Shown piece by piece: positions 52,085 to 64,000 of a stretch of 64,000 nucleotides of DNA. Both the position numbers and the translations under genes were made by a program. Origin of the DNA: Octopus sinensis (lineage: Eukaryota); the NCBI RefSeq assembly GCF_006345805.1, contig NC_043019.1, positions 24,613,360 through 24,677,359 of the forward strand. The letters run 5' to 3'. How positions within the stretch are numbered: the stretch's first letter is position 1; every line of letters starts with the position of its first letter. The notes under the pieces were generated by a model. That model did no database searches. It had not been told where the DNA came from and was given only the letters and a program-made list of their open reading frames with translations.

Positions 52085-52505
52085 TGAGTGTTATCACAAG
52101 TGTTGGTTGGATATGTTTCTGGCAAAAATGTGATTCGCCATACTGTTATAAGAAGGAAAAAATCGTCACAATTATGATGGGACCATGTCGTTAATATTTC
52201 ATATTTGCCGTGTAATTCAACTCGACACTGGTCTATTATACAATATTCTTTCTCTTTATAGAGGGAAGCTGTATAACCTACATTTTGAAAAGCTTCCACC
52301 TGTTTATTTTGTCTATATTCTACAGAGCCGAGAATTATTGACCTGATGCAAGTAACGCAGAAGACGTCTACTCATAGAACAAACAAAGATAAAAATATAA
52401 TCCCCGTTTGGAGCATTTTCATTTATCTTACACCAATAATGTATTTGAGAAACGTAATGTTATAATACCTTATGCTCCCTACCTGCTAAAATGCATTGAA
52501 TTTAC

Positions 52506-52588
52506 TGCCCAAGGTGCCACGCAGTGGGATTGAACCCGGAACCATGTGATTCGTAAGCAAGCTACTTACCACACAGCCACTCCTGCGC
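52506..52588 (-). mobile_element. SINE family A head fragment
   Basis: tRNA-like head only. Confidence 0.85.
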
Positions 52589-52599
52589 GGCGAAGTCAT

Positions 52600-52875
52600 T
52601 TGACCCTGTTATCTTCCCTATTTTCGCTCTTGCGTCTCATGTTTGATCTCTGACTTCTGGCCAGAATCGCCATGTTGATTCGCTAGCCTCTGCACGCATT
52701 TTTTTCTCCCCTTGTTTCTCTCCGTGTTTCTTTTCTGTGTATCTTTCTGTTGAAGAGCGTAGGCTCGAAACGCAAAAGACTTGTTTTATTTATATTCCTG
52801 AGCACCATACTAATACAATTGTTTGTTTGTACTCCACCTGCCTTCGTCTTTTATTTATTTTCATAAAACTTCCCG

Positions 52876-52876
<1 letters not shown>
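52600..52876 (+). mobile_element. Penelope-like 3' terminal repeat fragment ending at (TA)n
   Basis: Pyrimidine-rich UTR, hammerhead-like motif at 52742-52779, T-rich tail ending CCCGT(TA)n. Confidence 0.6.
52742..52779 (+). ncRNA. Degenerate minimal hammerhead-like motif (probably inactive)
   Basis: TCTTT | CTGTTGA A | GAGC GTAG GCTC | GAA | ACGC | A | AAAGA: stems I and II intact; A6 to U, one extra A, and U16.1 to C. Confidence 0.5.
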
Positions 52877-52930
<54 letters not shown>

Positions 52931-52933
<3 letters not shown>

Positions 52934-53021
52934 TTTCCGATATTTTTATAAAGAACAAGTGCATTTGTTCATCGATTCCAAATATTTAGAATATACATGC
53001 ATTCTTAGCTATGGTGTCTTG
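52931..53021 (+). repeat. ~90-bp unit, inverted copy of 50767-50856
   Basis: See 50767-50856. Confidence 0.9.
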
Positions 53022-54042
53022 TGTTATTAGTCGAAATGAAAGCAATAAGGAGAGTGCTTATAGGAGATCGTAGAAAAAAAGTAAACACTCAGATGAGACG
53101 GCTCTGACATCATGTTGAATACACTCCACTGGTAAATATATAACGGCATTGCAGATGACCTACTTTGTAAGAATGGGCTTTCAGATTTTTTTCTTTAAAT
53201 TATGAATAAGAAAAATAGAAATATAGACGGGAACCCCAATCAAAATTGTATGTGATTGTTGTTGCTATTGTTGCTTTATGTTGTGATGAGGAGATAAAAA
53301 TCGAAACATTTGTCATAGTCTTTAGTCTGTCGAGTAGTCTTTCCACTCTCGCCCACCCACTCACAAGAAATACAGGCTCAGCATCCGTGTCAGATGTTGA
53401 CTAAGTCAATTAGAATCAAAAGGTCTGCTTGAAACTGGAGAAGAGCATGATTTCCAGTAAACCATGAACAGTTTGATGCCAATCAAATTGAATAAAATAA
53501 TAAGATCCTGGAAAAGAGAGAAGAGATGAAAAAAATGAAATGTGGCTAGCTTGGTGGCTGTTCAAAAGATAAGAGATATTTGATATAGTAAGAGTTGAAG
53601 GAAATAATTATAAGTTTTAATTACCCCAGAAGGTCTCTAAGAACAAAAGTGTTTCCTGAGATGTATAGTTTAGAAATGGCTAACGTCGAAATATATTTTT
53701 TATTCTTTATTTCCAGTATTAAATTCTACTAACGCATGTACAGTATCATCCAAACACTTCTGGGGGAGGAGAAAAATGGGAAGTTGTGGCATTCAGGGAA
53801 TTAGTGATGTAAATGAAGTGAAATGGTTAAATGTTTTTTTCTCCAGGAATTGAAAGTGCAATATAGACTCGACAGAGCAGGAGTTTTAACAGCTACACTC
53901 GGGCAGTCATCTTTAATAGTAAGAAGAGAGATAGTTATGTAGTAGTAGTAGTAAGAGGAGGAGGAGCAGCAGCAGCAGCAGCAAAGTATTTGCGTTAATG
54001 TGCCCAAACCCTAACACTAATCCACATATATATATATATATT

Positions 54043-54116
<74 letters not shown>

Positions 54117-54118
54117 TA

Positions 54119-54247
54119 TGTAAAAAAAATACAAACTGGGACAAGAACGCAAAACATTTAGAAGACGATACAAAAAACACAGACGGGACATTCGAAGCCT
54201 TCAATCTTCAGTCGAGAACCGGATCATCCTCGCAATTTCGGCTGTTA
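54119..54247 (-). mobile_element. (TA)n-embedded repeat fragment, probable Penelope-like terminal repeat
   Basis: ~130-bp non-simple block between two (TA)n arrays. Minus strand has CTGAAGA..CTTCGAA followed by a T-rich tail. Confidence 0.4.
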
Positions 54248-54627
54248 CATACATATATATTATATATATATATATATTATATATATATATATATTATATA
54301 TATATTTGTATGTGGTGTATGCGTGTGTACTTCAAGAAGGGTCGTGTGTATATGTTTGTGGTAGCGGTCGTTACAAATCCACATCTACATATTTTGTACA
54401 ACCACCATTTGTGACTGCACTCAAATATACGGAGGTGGTAACGAATTCACTACTGGGCCGTCACTGTTGCCTCGGCTGACTTGAAGCTATCAATTGATAA
54501 TATTAGTTACAACAAATTTACATACGTTAGACTTAACAGACTCCTAATATGACAAAACTTTTAAAGTCACCTTTATACATACATATATGTATGTATATAT
54601 ATATATATATTATATAATATATATATA

Positions 54628-54666
<39 letters not shown>

Positions 54667-54700
54667 TATACATACATACATACATACATACATACACACA

Positions 54701-54741
<41 letters not shown>

Positions 54742-54770
54742 GCATGCATATATATATGTATGTATATATT

Positions 54771-55224
54771 TTACTTGTTTCATTTATTTGACTGCAGCCA
54801 TACGGGGCCACTGCCTTGAAGTTTTTTTTTTCTTTTATAGAACAAATCGACCCCAGGGCTTATTTCTTGAGCCTGATAATATTCTAACGGTCTATTTTGC
54901 CGAACCACTAAGTTCGAGGAAGTACACACCAACACCAGTTATCAAACGGTAATGAGGAAGGGCAAACACAGACACACACATACACACACATACACACACA
55001 CACACACACACACGCACGCACACGCACACACGCACACACACACACACACACACATATATATGACAGGTTTCGTTCAGTTTCCGTCTACCAAATCCATTCA
55101 CAAGGTTTTGGTCGGCCCGAGGTTATGGAAGAAGATACTTGCTCAAGGGTCCATGCAGTGGGACTGAAACGGGAACCCAGTGGTTGGGAAGCAAGCTTCT
55201 TACCACACCCACCTACCCACGCCT
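54771..55224 (-). mobile_element. SINE family A, diverged full copy
   Basis: Colinear with 45841-46280. Confidence 0.85.
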
Positions 55225-55482
55225 AGTCACACAGCAAAATGTCCGGCACTGTGTTAGATCACGAGATATCACGTTGAAGACGTGATTTCCTTAACCTCTC
55301 GTTCGTGTATAACTCCAGGCATTCAAGATGCCATCAGCCATCACACGCGCCTCTCCCTCAAATTTCCCGTCCCACTAACAATTATAAAAGTATTAAAGTC
55401 GATTCAACCGATTAACGCCTTCCCCCTACTTCAAAATGGTGCTGTACTTGAAACTAAATCAGAAGGCGCTTTTTTTCTTTTA

Positions 55483-56035
55483 AGGTGACGAGCGGCGAGA
55501 ATCGGCAGAACGTCGGTCAAAATCCTTTGCAGCATTTCATACGTTCTGAGTTCAAATTCCGCCGAGGTCGACTTTATCTCTCATCTATTCAGAGTAGATA
55601 TAATGGAAGCACTCCGTCGGTTACGACGACGAGGGTTCCGGTTGATCCGAATCAACGGAACAGCCTGCTCGTGAAATTAACGTGTAAGTGGCTGAGCATT
55701 CCACAGACACGTGTACCCTTAACGTAGTTCTCGGGGATATTCAGCGTGACAGAGAGAGTGACAAGGCCGGCCCTTTGAAATACAGGTACAACAGAAACAG
55801 GAAGTAAGAGTGAGAGAAAGTTGTGGTGAAAGAGTTCAGCAAGGATCACCACCATCCCCTGCCGGAGTCTCGTGGAGCTTTAGGTGTTTTCGCTCAATAA
55901 ACACTCACAACGCCCGGTCTAGGAATCGAAACCGCGATCCCTAACCACTGGGCCATTGCGCCTCCACAAGCAGATATAATAGGTAGCAGTTGACTACCAG
56001 TGTCAACTAGCCTCTCCCTTAAAATTGATAGCATT
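55483..56035 (+). mobile_element. Old SINE family B copy split by a family C insertion
   Basis: Head and body at 55483-55604, tail relic at 55972-56035. Confidence 0.65.
55605..55971 (-). mobile_element. SINE family C, 9-bp TSD
   Basis: TSD AGATATAAT at 55596-55604 and 55972-55980; colinear with 62607-62988 with a short deletion in the head. Confidence 0.92.
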
Positions 56036-56036
56036 A

Positions 56037-56444
56037 TACTCTTTTACTCTTTTACTTGTTTCAGTCATTTGACTGCGGCCATGCTGGAGCACCACCTTCT
56101 AGTCGAGTAAATCGAACCCAGGATTTATTCTTTGTAAGCCTAGTACTTATTCTATCAGTCTCTTTTGCTGAACCGCTAGGTGACGGGACGTAAACACACC
56201 ACCATCGGTTGTCAAGCAATGGTGGGGGGACAAACACAGACACACAAACATATACATACATACATATATATACATATATACGACGGGCTTCTTCCAGTTT
56301 CCGTCTACCAAATCCACTCACAAGGCTTTGGTCGGCCCGAGGCTATAGTAGAAGACACTTGTCCAAGGTGCCACGCAGTGGGAATGAACCCGGAACCATG
56401 TGGTTGGTAAGCAAGCTACTTACCACACAGCCACTCCTGCACCT
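56037..56444 (-). mobile_element. SINE family A, full length
   Basis: Head to tail colinear with other family A copies. Confidence 0.93.
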
Positions 56445-56479
56445 ATGCTGAACTTTGAAGTGATTATTATTTTTAAAAG

Positions 56480-56945
56480 TGGAAACAGGTTGCATCGTTA
56501 GCATGCCGGACAAGATGCTTGGCAGCATTTCGCTTGTCTTTACGTTCTGAGTTCAAATTCTGCACAGGCCGACTTCGCCTTTCATCCTTTAGGGGTCGAT
56601 GAAATAAGTACTAGATTGGCACTGGAGTCAATTGATAGCCTTATACTCTTTTACTCTTGTACTTGTTTCAGTCATTTGACTGCGGCCATGCTGGAGCACC
56701 ACCTTCTAGTCGAGTAAATCGACCCCAGGACTTATTCTTTGTAAGCCTAGTACTTATTCTATCAGTCTCGTTTGTTGAACCGCTAAGTTACGGGATGTAA
56801 ACACACCAGCATCGGTTGTCAAACAATGGTGGGGGGACAAACACAGACACACAAACATATACATACATACATATATATACATATATACGACGGGCTTCAC
56901 TACCCCCCAAAATTTCAGACCTTGTAGCCACGGCAGAAAACTTTA
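56480..56945 (+). mobile_element. Old SINE family B interrupted by a partial family A copy (56644-56898, minus strand)
   Basis: B body at 56480-56630, B tail CCCCCCAAAATTTCAGACCTTG at ~56903-56945. Confidence 0.7.
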
Positions 56946-57099
56946 TTATCATCATCAAAGTTTGTCCCGAAATGCGAATGTGACAATATTTACAAAACTG
57001 CTTATCTTTGAACGCGTCACTTTTTCTTCGTCTCGGTACCCTTGCCTTGTTTTGATTGGTAAATAACATAAACATTATAAAAATATATATGTACGAACA

Positions 57100-57152
57100 T
57101 GTATGTTGATCGGTATACATACATACGTAATATGCATACATACATACATACA

Positions 57153-57205
<53 letters not shown>

Positions 57206-57206
57206 C

Positions 57207-57245
<39 letters not shown>

Positions 57246-57281
57246 GTATATATATATATATATATATACATACATACATAC

Positions 57282-57324
<43 letters not shown>

Positions 57325-57379
57325 CATATTATATATATATATACACACACGGAGAGTGAGAGAGAATGTGCGTGTATAT

Positions 57380-57415
<36 letters not shown>

Positions 57416-57558
57416 ATATATAGAGAGAGAGCGATATATACACACTGTGTGAGTGCGTACTGTTATATTTATGTACGTATATTTTATATATGTATGTACG
57501 AATGTAAAAATGCATACATATACATATATACATATATACATATACATATACATATGCT

Positions 57559-57597
<39 letters not shown>

Positions 57598-58288
57598 GTA
57601 TGTATAGCGACTTCATTAAAGGGATATAAAAGTTGGCCAAGTGTGGGGGTGGGTGGGGTAGTTTCAGCCAAAGCGTTTATCCAGAATAGTCGAAGGTGAG
57701 CTGAGGAAAAGGCAAACATTAACATATGGCAGGTGAGCCTTTGTACACTACATAATACAAGACACAGGTCGAATGCCAATAAATATATTGTATTACATAG
57801 ACTGTCATAAAAGTTGCATTGATGTTGGCGGTGGCGGTGGGGGGGGGGTTGTATCAGATGGCTGGTCATATGGTTCTTTGTGGGGGTTTTCTTTTGTGTT
57901 GTTGTTATTTTTTAGTTTAACTCCATAGTACTTACATCTTTATTAAGTGGAATAAGAAGGAGAGTGGTGTGGAAGGTACGTGGTGGTGGAGGGGGGGTTA
58001 GGTTCCATAAACCATCATACAACCAACTCTTACCATTCCCACCCGTAGCACACCACCACCACCACCACACCACCAGGACCACCACCACCAGGACCACCAC
58101 CACCACAACGACGATGATACTAGCAAGAACAACAGTAACAGGTACAAGAGAAAGGCTCTTATCTAAATTTGTTATATGTATGTGTATATACACATATATA
58201 CATGTGTATATATACATATATATGAGTGTATACATATATGCATATGTATGTATATATATATATATATGTATGTATGCATATATATAGT

Positions 58289-58350
<62 letters not shown>

Positions 58351-58494
58351 GTATATATATGCGTATGTATGTATATATTAATATACATGTGTATCTATCT
58401 TTATATATATGTATATACACATATACATGTGTATATATACATATATATGAGTGTATACATATATGCATATGTATGTATATATATATTGTATGTA

Positions 58495-58543
<49 letters not shown>

Positions 58544-58620
58544 GCGTATGTATGTATATATTATATATACATGTGTATCTATCTTTATATCTATACAATA
58601 TATATGTGTGTGTGTGTATA
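57100..58620. repeat. TA-rich compound microsatellite fields (57100-57600, 58170-58620) and (ACC)n at 58050-58105
   Basis: Directly visible. Confidence 0.9.
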
Positions 58621-59211
58621 ATGTTGTTTAAATCGTTCTTTCGTTCGATTTAGATATCACAGTATGCGTGAGCATAGCTGTTATAGCATTATACAACGAG
58701 CAATTAAGAAAATGGTAAACAGAATGCCATAACGAGATGGTAATAGTTTCAAACATATCGTCTTCGTTTGGCATAAAATTAGTGTCTTTTTGTTTTTATT
58801 TTAATTTTTTTTTTGCTTTTGTTTTCTACCTGTTTTCTCATTAGTAAGTGGACAGCCATTGAACCTAACTCTATTCTATATCCGTTTAATTGACGTTATT
58901 AACCCCACCTTATGACAAACTATGTACAGTACACAGAGAACTATATACGTTATATACACTGAAGCACAACTGTGGGGGTCTCTCTGCATTAGTGTGTGTG
59001 TAAGTGTGTGTGTGTGTGTGTGTATGTGTAAGATGTCTTTTTATGCATATATGTTAGCGCCTGAGTGTTTCTTTGCATGGACATATATATGAAGATACAT
59101 ATCTATATATACAAATGTGTGTGTGTGGGGGGGGGTCTGCATGTATGCAGTGTATATACGTGTACGTTGTATGTACTTTTATTTGCCTGCTTCTTTCTCC
59201 ATCCAACTCTG

Positions 59212-59212
<1 letters not shown>

Positions 59213-59287
<75 letters not shown>
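59213..59287. repeat. (TATC)n
   Basis: Directly visible. Confidence 0.97.
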
Positions 59288-59289
<2 letters not shown>

Positions 59290-59333
59290 GGTCTATCAGT
59301 CTATCTATCTTTCTATATATCTATATCTATCTA

Positions 59334-59371
<38 letters not shown>

Positions 59372-60622
59372 TGATGGATTCTTTCTTTCTAGTGCTTCAT
59401 CCTATTCCATATTGCACGCATACTTTTGAACGAATTTATTGTCCGCACATTTTGCCTTTGTACATATGCATGCATGTGTGTGCATGTGTGTGTGTGTGTG
59501 TGTGTTGTGTGTGTGTGTGTGAATTTATGTTAATGATTGTGCAGAAGACTAGTGCAGAGATCGGTGTGTCGCGTCTTGTCAGCAACATAGTGGCGAGGTG
59601 GAAACAACCGCATGCCAAGGCACGTCATAGCCAGTTCTCAAATAGGAAGCCACTCACCGGTAAGTTAGTTCATTAGCATCAGTTACGAATGAGCGCAAGA
59701 GATAAACCATCCACCTTCTCGGCAGCACAATAGTTTATCACATGTAGCTGTTCCAGCAGGCAAGAACTGAACCACAAACTGCCAGCTTCCATACTATTCA
59801 TTACTCACTTCCACTGTGTTGCCGCTGTCGCCACCCGAAGCGGTGCATTATATCACCCTATGTTTCCTTTCTTCAGAGAAGCAGAACAGCCCCCACCCAT
59901 GAACACGCATATTACCAATGACAGAAAAGAAACCGGAAAGGACCCAGATTTTGCTGTCACCCAATCTGTTAGGTCATCCGAGACGCGTTGTCACGAGTGG
60001 CAGTAGTAGAACATCTGAGAGTTTCGATGGTTTTCCTTACACTTGTTTCCTTTGATGTTGTCTAAAAATGTTTGGATGCCATCGCTTGTTTAATTGCAAA
60101 GTCGAATTTCTTTTGCCAGAGATGCCAACTTCGATACGCGCGACCAGCGTTTTCTTCAGAACTTATACACTTTCCTTTTCTCTATTTAATGTCATGGAAG
60201 ACCCAGCTGAAGCACATGCACGTATATTTTAGTATTATGATTTGGGGTAATTATTAGATTAAAATACAGAAAACCTCATATAAATATATTTAAATGTTGT
60301 GTGTGAGGCATTAGGCTTCCGTAGTCTTATGTTTACAGATTTCATAGTTTAACCCTAGGATGGCTCCGCTAGAGCAGGCCTGTGATCAAAGTAATCAAGT
60401 ATGACATCTCATTTTTTTGTTTGTTTGTTTCTTTTACAAGTTTTTCCCACACCAATAACTAATCTATTCTCTTCACTTTTAAGATGAAAACATTTTATTA
60501 GAAGGAATAACCACTGCTATTTCTAGCATATTTACTATCAGGATGCAAAGGATCGAAACAAGCATAGTAAAACATCCTGTCTGACGCTCTACTTCCAGTG
60601 TAGCTATAGTATTGTAAGGATG

Positions 60623-61015
60623 TCAATTCGTCTCCCTTTCAACAACATTCCAAACGTAGACGTCCGTGCTATTTAATCTGGCGAGTTTAAAAGTCACACG
60701 TTTCGTGTTATATGATCGTAAAATTTGTCTGACATCCATTCTTGGGTTATTGTGAGAAGGTGCTGAATCTCGCTGAAACACGCATTGCTTTCCACTGCAT
60801 ATTCCATCCATCTCGGGCTTAACAACTGTCTGCAGCAACTCAACGCATCCAGAAGCATTAATTCGAAAATTCTGTGGAAAGATGTGAGGCGGTATGCCAT
60901 GATTGTTAGTATGCATCACTCTGGGAACATCAGAATTATCTGCACACACTCATCTGTCATTTCTCCCGTGAAACTTCTGATCATGGTCGACAATTTTCTC
61001 ATCATACTATGTTCA
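60623..61015 (-). pseudogene. maT/DD37D-like (Tc1/mariner superfamily) transposase fragment
   Basis: CADNSDVPRVMHT..HGIPPHIFPQNFRINA..VELLQTVVKP..VFQRDSAPSH, frameshift to TQEWMSDKFYDHIT, then VYVWNVVERETN. Confidence 0.8.
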
Positions 61016-61164
61016 TAAAGGTTTCAAATTTGTTAAGTAAGTCTTCGGATTATGTTCAAGTGAAAGGCAAGGTCGTTACACCTTGAGACAGGCGTCGCCA
61101 TAGAACTGGATCACAAACCGCAAGGCATCTTGAAAGCTTTTCTGCCAATCCACCGGCCTAGATT

Positions 61165-61290
61165 GAAATTTTTATCGATCCCGAAAGTATGAAAGACATA
61201 ACTTTGACCTCAGCTGGATTTGAAGCGAGAAAGCAAAGAGTCGGAACAACTATTGCCTGACATTCTATCCGACACTCTAATGGTTCTACC
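61165..61290 (-). mobile_element. SINE family B, degenerate
   Basis: TTTTATCGATCCCGAAAGTATGAAAGAC..TGACCTCAGCTGGATTTGAA. Confidence 0.6.
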
Positions 61291-61800
61291 TATTCGACAT
61301 CCTACAGTGAAATTATATTTCCAAAAACCGGAAGAATATTTTGTTTCAGGTATTTATTAGAGTCTTTCACTTGTCACAGCAAATCAGAAACCAAATCCTT
61401 GTAGGAATTCTTCAATGGATAATATTTTTGTCAACGCCGACCAGCACCATCTCCACCGTATTCCGCTGTTTAATGAATAAATGTTCCGCTGTAATTAACA
61501 AATTGAAGCTACATGATTCTATGGAATATACACAACTTTCCCTGCAAAACTAATCAAAATTGATATTGCACACCGATCGTGTCCTTGGATTCTAATCTTT
61601 AGTAATTGCATCGTAACTTTTTCTGAAATTTAGTAGAACCAAAGCTATTGAATTGACCCTAACATATAACTGGTACGCATATTGCGTAAAGAACTGTTTG
61701 TCTGAGGTCCCTGTAGTGACTTAATGGACAGTACAAACCCCCGGTAGGCACAATATCTTTAAGCAACAACATTACGATATTTGATAGTGTATGATGCCTT

Positions 61801-61801
61801 C

Positions 61802-61842
<41 letters not shown>

Positions 61843-61966
61843 TAATAATAATAATAATAACAATAATAATAATAATAATGATGATGATGATGATGATGAT
61901 AACAACAACAACAACAATAATAATAATAATAATAATAATGATGATGATAACAACAACAACAACAAC

Positions 61967-62037
<71 letters not shown>

Positions 62038-62061
62038 TAATAATAGTAATAATAATAATAA
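61801..62061. repeat. Compound (AAT)n/(GAT)n/(AAC)n
   Basis: Directly visible. Confidence 0.97.
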
Positions 62062-62606
62062 TGTACGGTCATTAAATATTATATAGAGTCGTCAGCCGAG
62101 CACAGATAACTAAGCAAGAAAGCTATTTGGTGAACGTTCACACTCGTCCACCCCTCAGTGTACATATTTCTATTATTTGTACGCCTTAAAATAAGGACAT
62201 CAAAAGTATGGAGATGAGAGGACGGGGATGGAGAGGGAACGAGGTGGGGGGGGGGCAGAAGGACAAGACAGAGTAGACAAAGCGGAGAAAGAAAAGCAAT
62301 GAGCAGTGGCAACAAGTGTAAACAGCTCCCTCTGTCAATCATATATGGTCAAGGGTCATCTCGCTTTCCCACCAGTCCAGGAAAGCTTTGAAACTGAACT
62401 GGAGAGAAACAGTAAAACCTGAACACAAATCACTGCTACGACAATCGCTCACACAATCGGATGAGCAAACACAAACGCACACTTCACGAAACACATGCAC
62501 ACACACACACACACGCATGAATTCTCAAACACACACAGATAGATAGATACATACATAGGCACGAGTGTCACATACATACCTTTACATATATACATACAAA
62601 CGCACA

Positions 62607-62988
62607 GTGGAGGCACAATGGCCCAGTGGTTAGTGCAGCGGACTCGCGGTCGTAGGATCGCGGTTTCGATTCCTAGACCGGGCGTTGTGAGTGTTTATTG
62701 AGCGAAAACACCTAAAGCTCCACGAGGCTCCGGCAGGGGATGGTGGTGATCCCTGCTGTACTCTTTCACCACAACTTTCTCTCACTCTTACTTCCTGTTT
62801 CTGTTGTACCTGTATTTCAAAGGGCCGGTCTTGTCACTCTCTGTGTCACGCTGAATATCCCGAGAACTACGTTAAGGGTGCACGTGTCTGTGGAGTACTC
62901 AGCCACTTACACGTTAAATTCACGAGCAGGCTGTTCCGTTGATCGGATCAACCGGAACCCTCGTCGTCGTAACCGACGGAGTGCTTCC
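62607..62988 (+). mobile_element. SINE family C, full length, 11-bp TSD
   Basis: TSD ACAAACGCACA at 62596-62606 and 62989-62999; tRNA-like head TGGCCCAGTGGTTAG..GTTTCGATTCC; 3' hairpin GTTCCGTTGATC-G-GATCAACCGGAAC. Confidence 0.95.
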
Positions 62989-63189
62989 ACAAACGCACAA
63001 AGCAGCATACATGCAAACGCTTTTCAACGTGCATCTACAACATACATACATAAAATACACGCACACCATACGCATATTCATTCATGCACACACACACACA
63101 CGCACACGCGCGCACACACACACATAAATTCATGACTCAGTAAATATGCATGGCTGGTCGCTGTATATCTGGAAACGTGTAATATATAA

Positions 63190-63546
63190 GTAAAGTTGCT
63201 TTTTTGGCTCAAAAAGCAAAAAGCAAGGCCATGTAGGGGGACATGGAGTTATGTACAGGGAAGGTGTTCATGCAAAGAGTTCGGGCCATTTCTGGTCAAG
63301 AGAGACTTTGAACCGAGCGGTCGTCGACATCTTCACTATCTCGTCCGGCAGCTTATTCCACGGATCCGCAACCCGGACGGAGACAGCCCCTCTCCTTCGA
63401 TTGAGATGAAATCGTCGCAGATAGAGCTTTTTGGAGTGACCTCGCAGCCGACGCTCTGGAGCAGGAGTGAAGAACAGCTCTTTCGAGAGGTTACACTTTC
63501 CGCTTATGACGTTGTGAGCAAGAATGAGATCACCACGGCGTCGTCG
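63190..63546 (-). mobile_element. CR1-clade LINE 3' end
   Basis: Open frame 63546-63268: RRRRGDLILAHNVISG..RRLRGHSKKLY..VSVRVADPWNKLPDEIVKMSTTARFKVSLDQKWPELFA*, the typical CR1 C-terminus, then a short 3' UTR. Confidence 0.9.
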
Positions 63547-63600
63547 TTTTTCTATATGTATCCATATATTTCAAAATCTTTTTATAAACACTTAATTACA

Positions 63601-63825
63601 TACGAAGGTTTGTTGAAAAGTTCCTGGCTTTGGGTAAAAGAAAAATATAGGAGGATCACTTAATTGTAGTTGAATATGATTTTATTCAACATATTCCTCT
63701 CTCAGATTCACACACTTATTGCAGCGGACCTTCAGTTTTTCTAAGCCCTGTAAACGGAAGATTGGGTCTACAACCAGGCCTTTCGCGATACCTTTAAAGC
63801 CACGAACTTTTCAGCACCCCCTCGT
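63601..63825. mobile_element. Mariner-like MITE with TA TSD
   Basis: TA|CGAAGGTTTGTTGAAAAGTTCCTGGCTTT ... AAAGCCACGAACTTTTCAGCACCCCTCG|TA imperfect TIRs. Confidence 0.85.
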
Positions 63826-64000
63826 ATATATGTATATATGATTTTGCTCATAAGTGTGTGCTGAAGTACCGCTGGGAAGGGCTCAGTCGATCAAATCGCC
63901 CTCAATATTCATTTTGCAAAGTTTAATATTGATTGATTGTAACGTTCTCATTTTACCACATTTTCTCCTTTTAACGATTTTCAAGCTGTGACACACACAC

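Noticed and set aside
54185-54215. Hammerhead on the minus strand (CTGAAGA..CTTCGAA)
   Set aside because: No acceptable stem II register, no A15.1-U16.1 pair and no stem III. Kept only as a possible PLE terminal fragment.
59860-60010. Candidate exon after TTCCTTTCTTCAG with a short ATG frame
   Set aside because: A 35-codon frame with no recognisable similarity; such acceptor-like sites are expected by chance.
63196-63663. 155-aa plus-strand ORF as a gene
   Set aside because: It is antisense to a CR1 3' end and runs into a MITE.

Overview
AT-rich eukaryotic DNA, very rich in repeats and microsatellites. I found no supportable host protein-coding exon, so this is probably intronic or intergenic. 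The SINE, LINE and transposase sequences look like those I associate with Octopus (inference from family recognition, not a database search). Contents: at least four tRNA-headed SINE families, some with clear target-site duplications (TSDs), nested insertions and a tandem trimer; 3' fragments of RTE, CR1 and L1/Tx1 LINEs; mariner, Tc1, maT and probable MULE relics; a non-autonomous Helitron; decayed Penelope-like (PLE) ORF fragments; many simple repeats. The most interesting signal is a recurring architecture embedded in (TA)n arrays: (TA)n - inverted arm - forward arm - T-rich tail - (TA)n, seen at about 15.6, 15.9, 27.7, 34.4 and 38.4 kb. Several of these elements, plus related fragments at 1.7 and 52.7 kb, carry minimal type I hammerhead ribozyme motifs with a short, mostly palindromic stem III. 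The one at 16111-16153 has a fully canonical core. These look like several families of miniature, ribozyme-bearing, fold-back Penelope-like elements. Almost all supplied ORFs are microsatellite translations or antisense to repeats.
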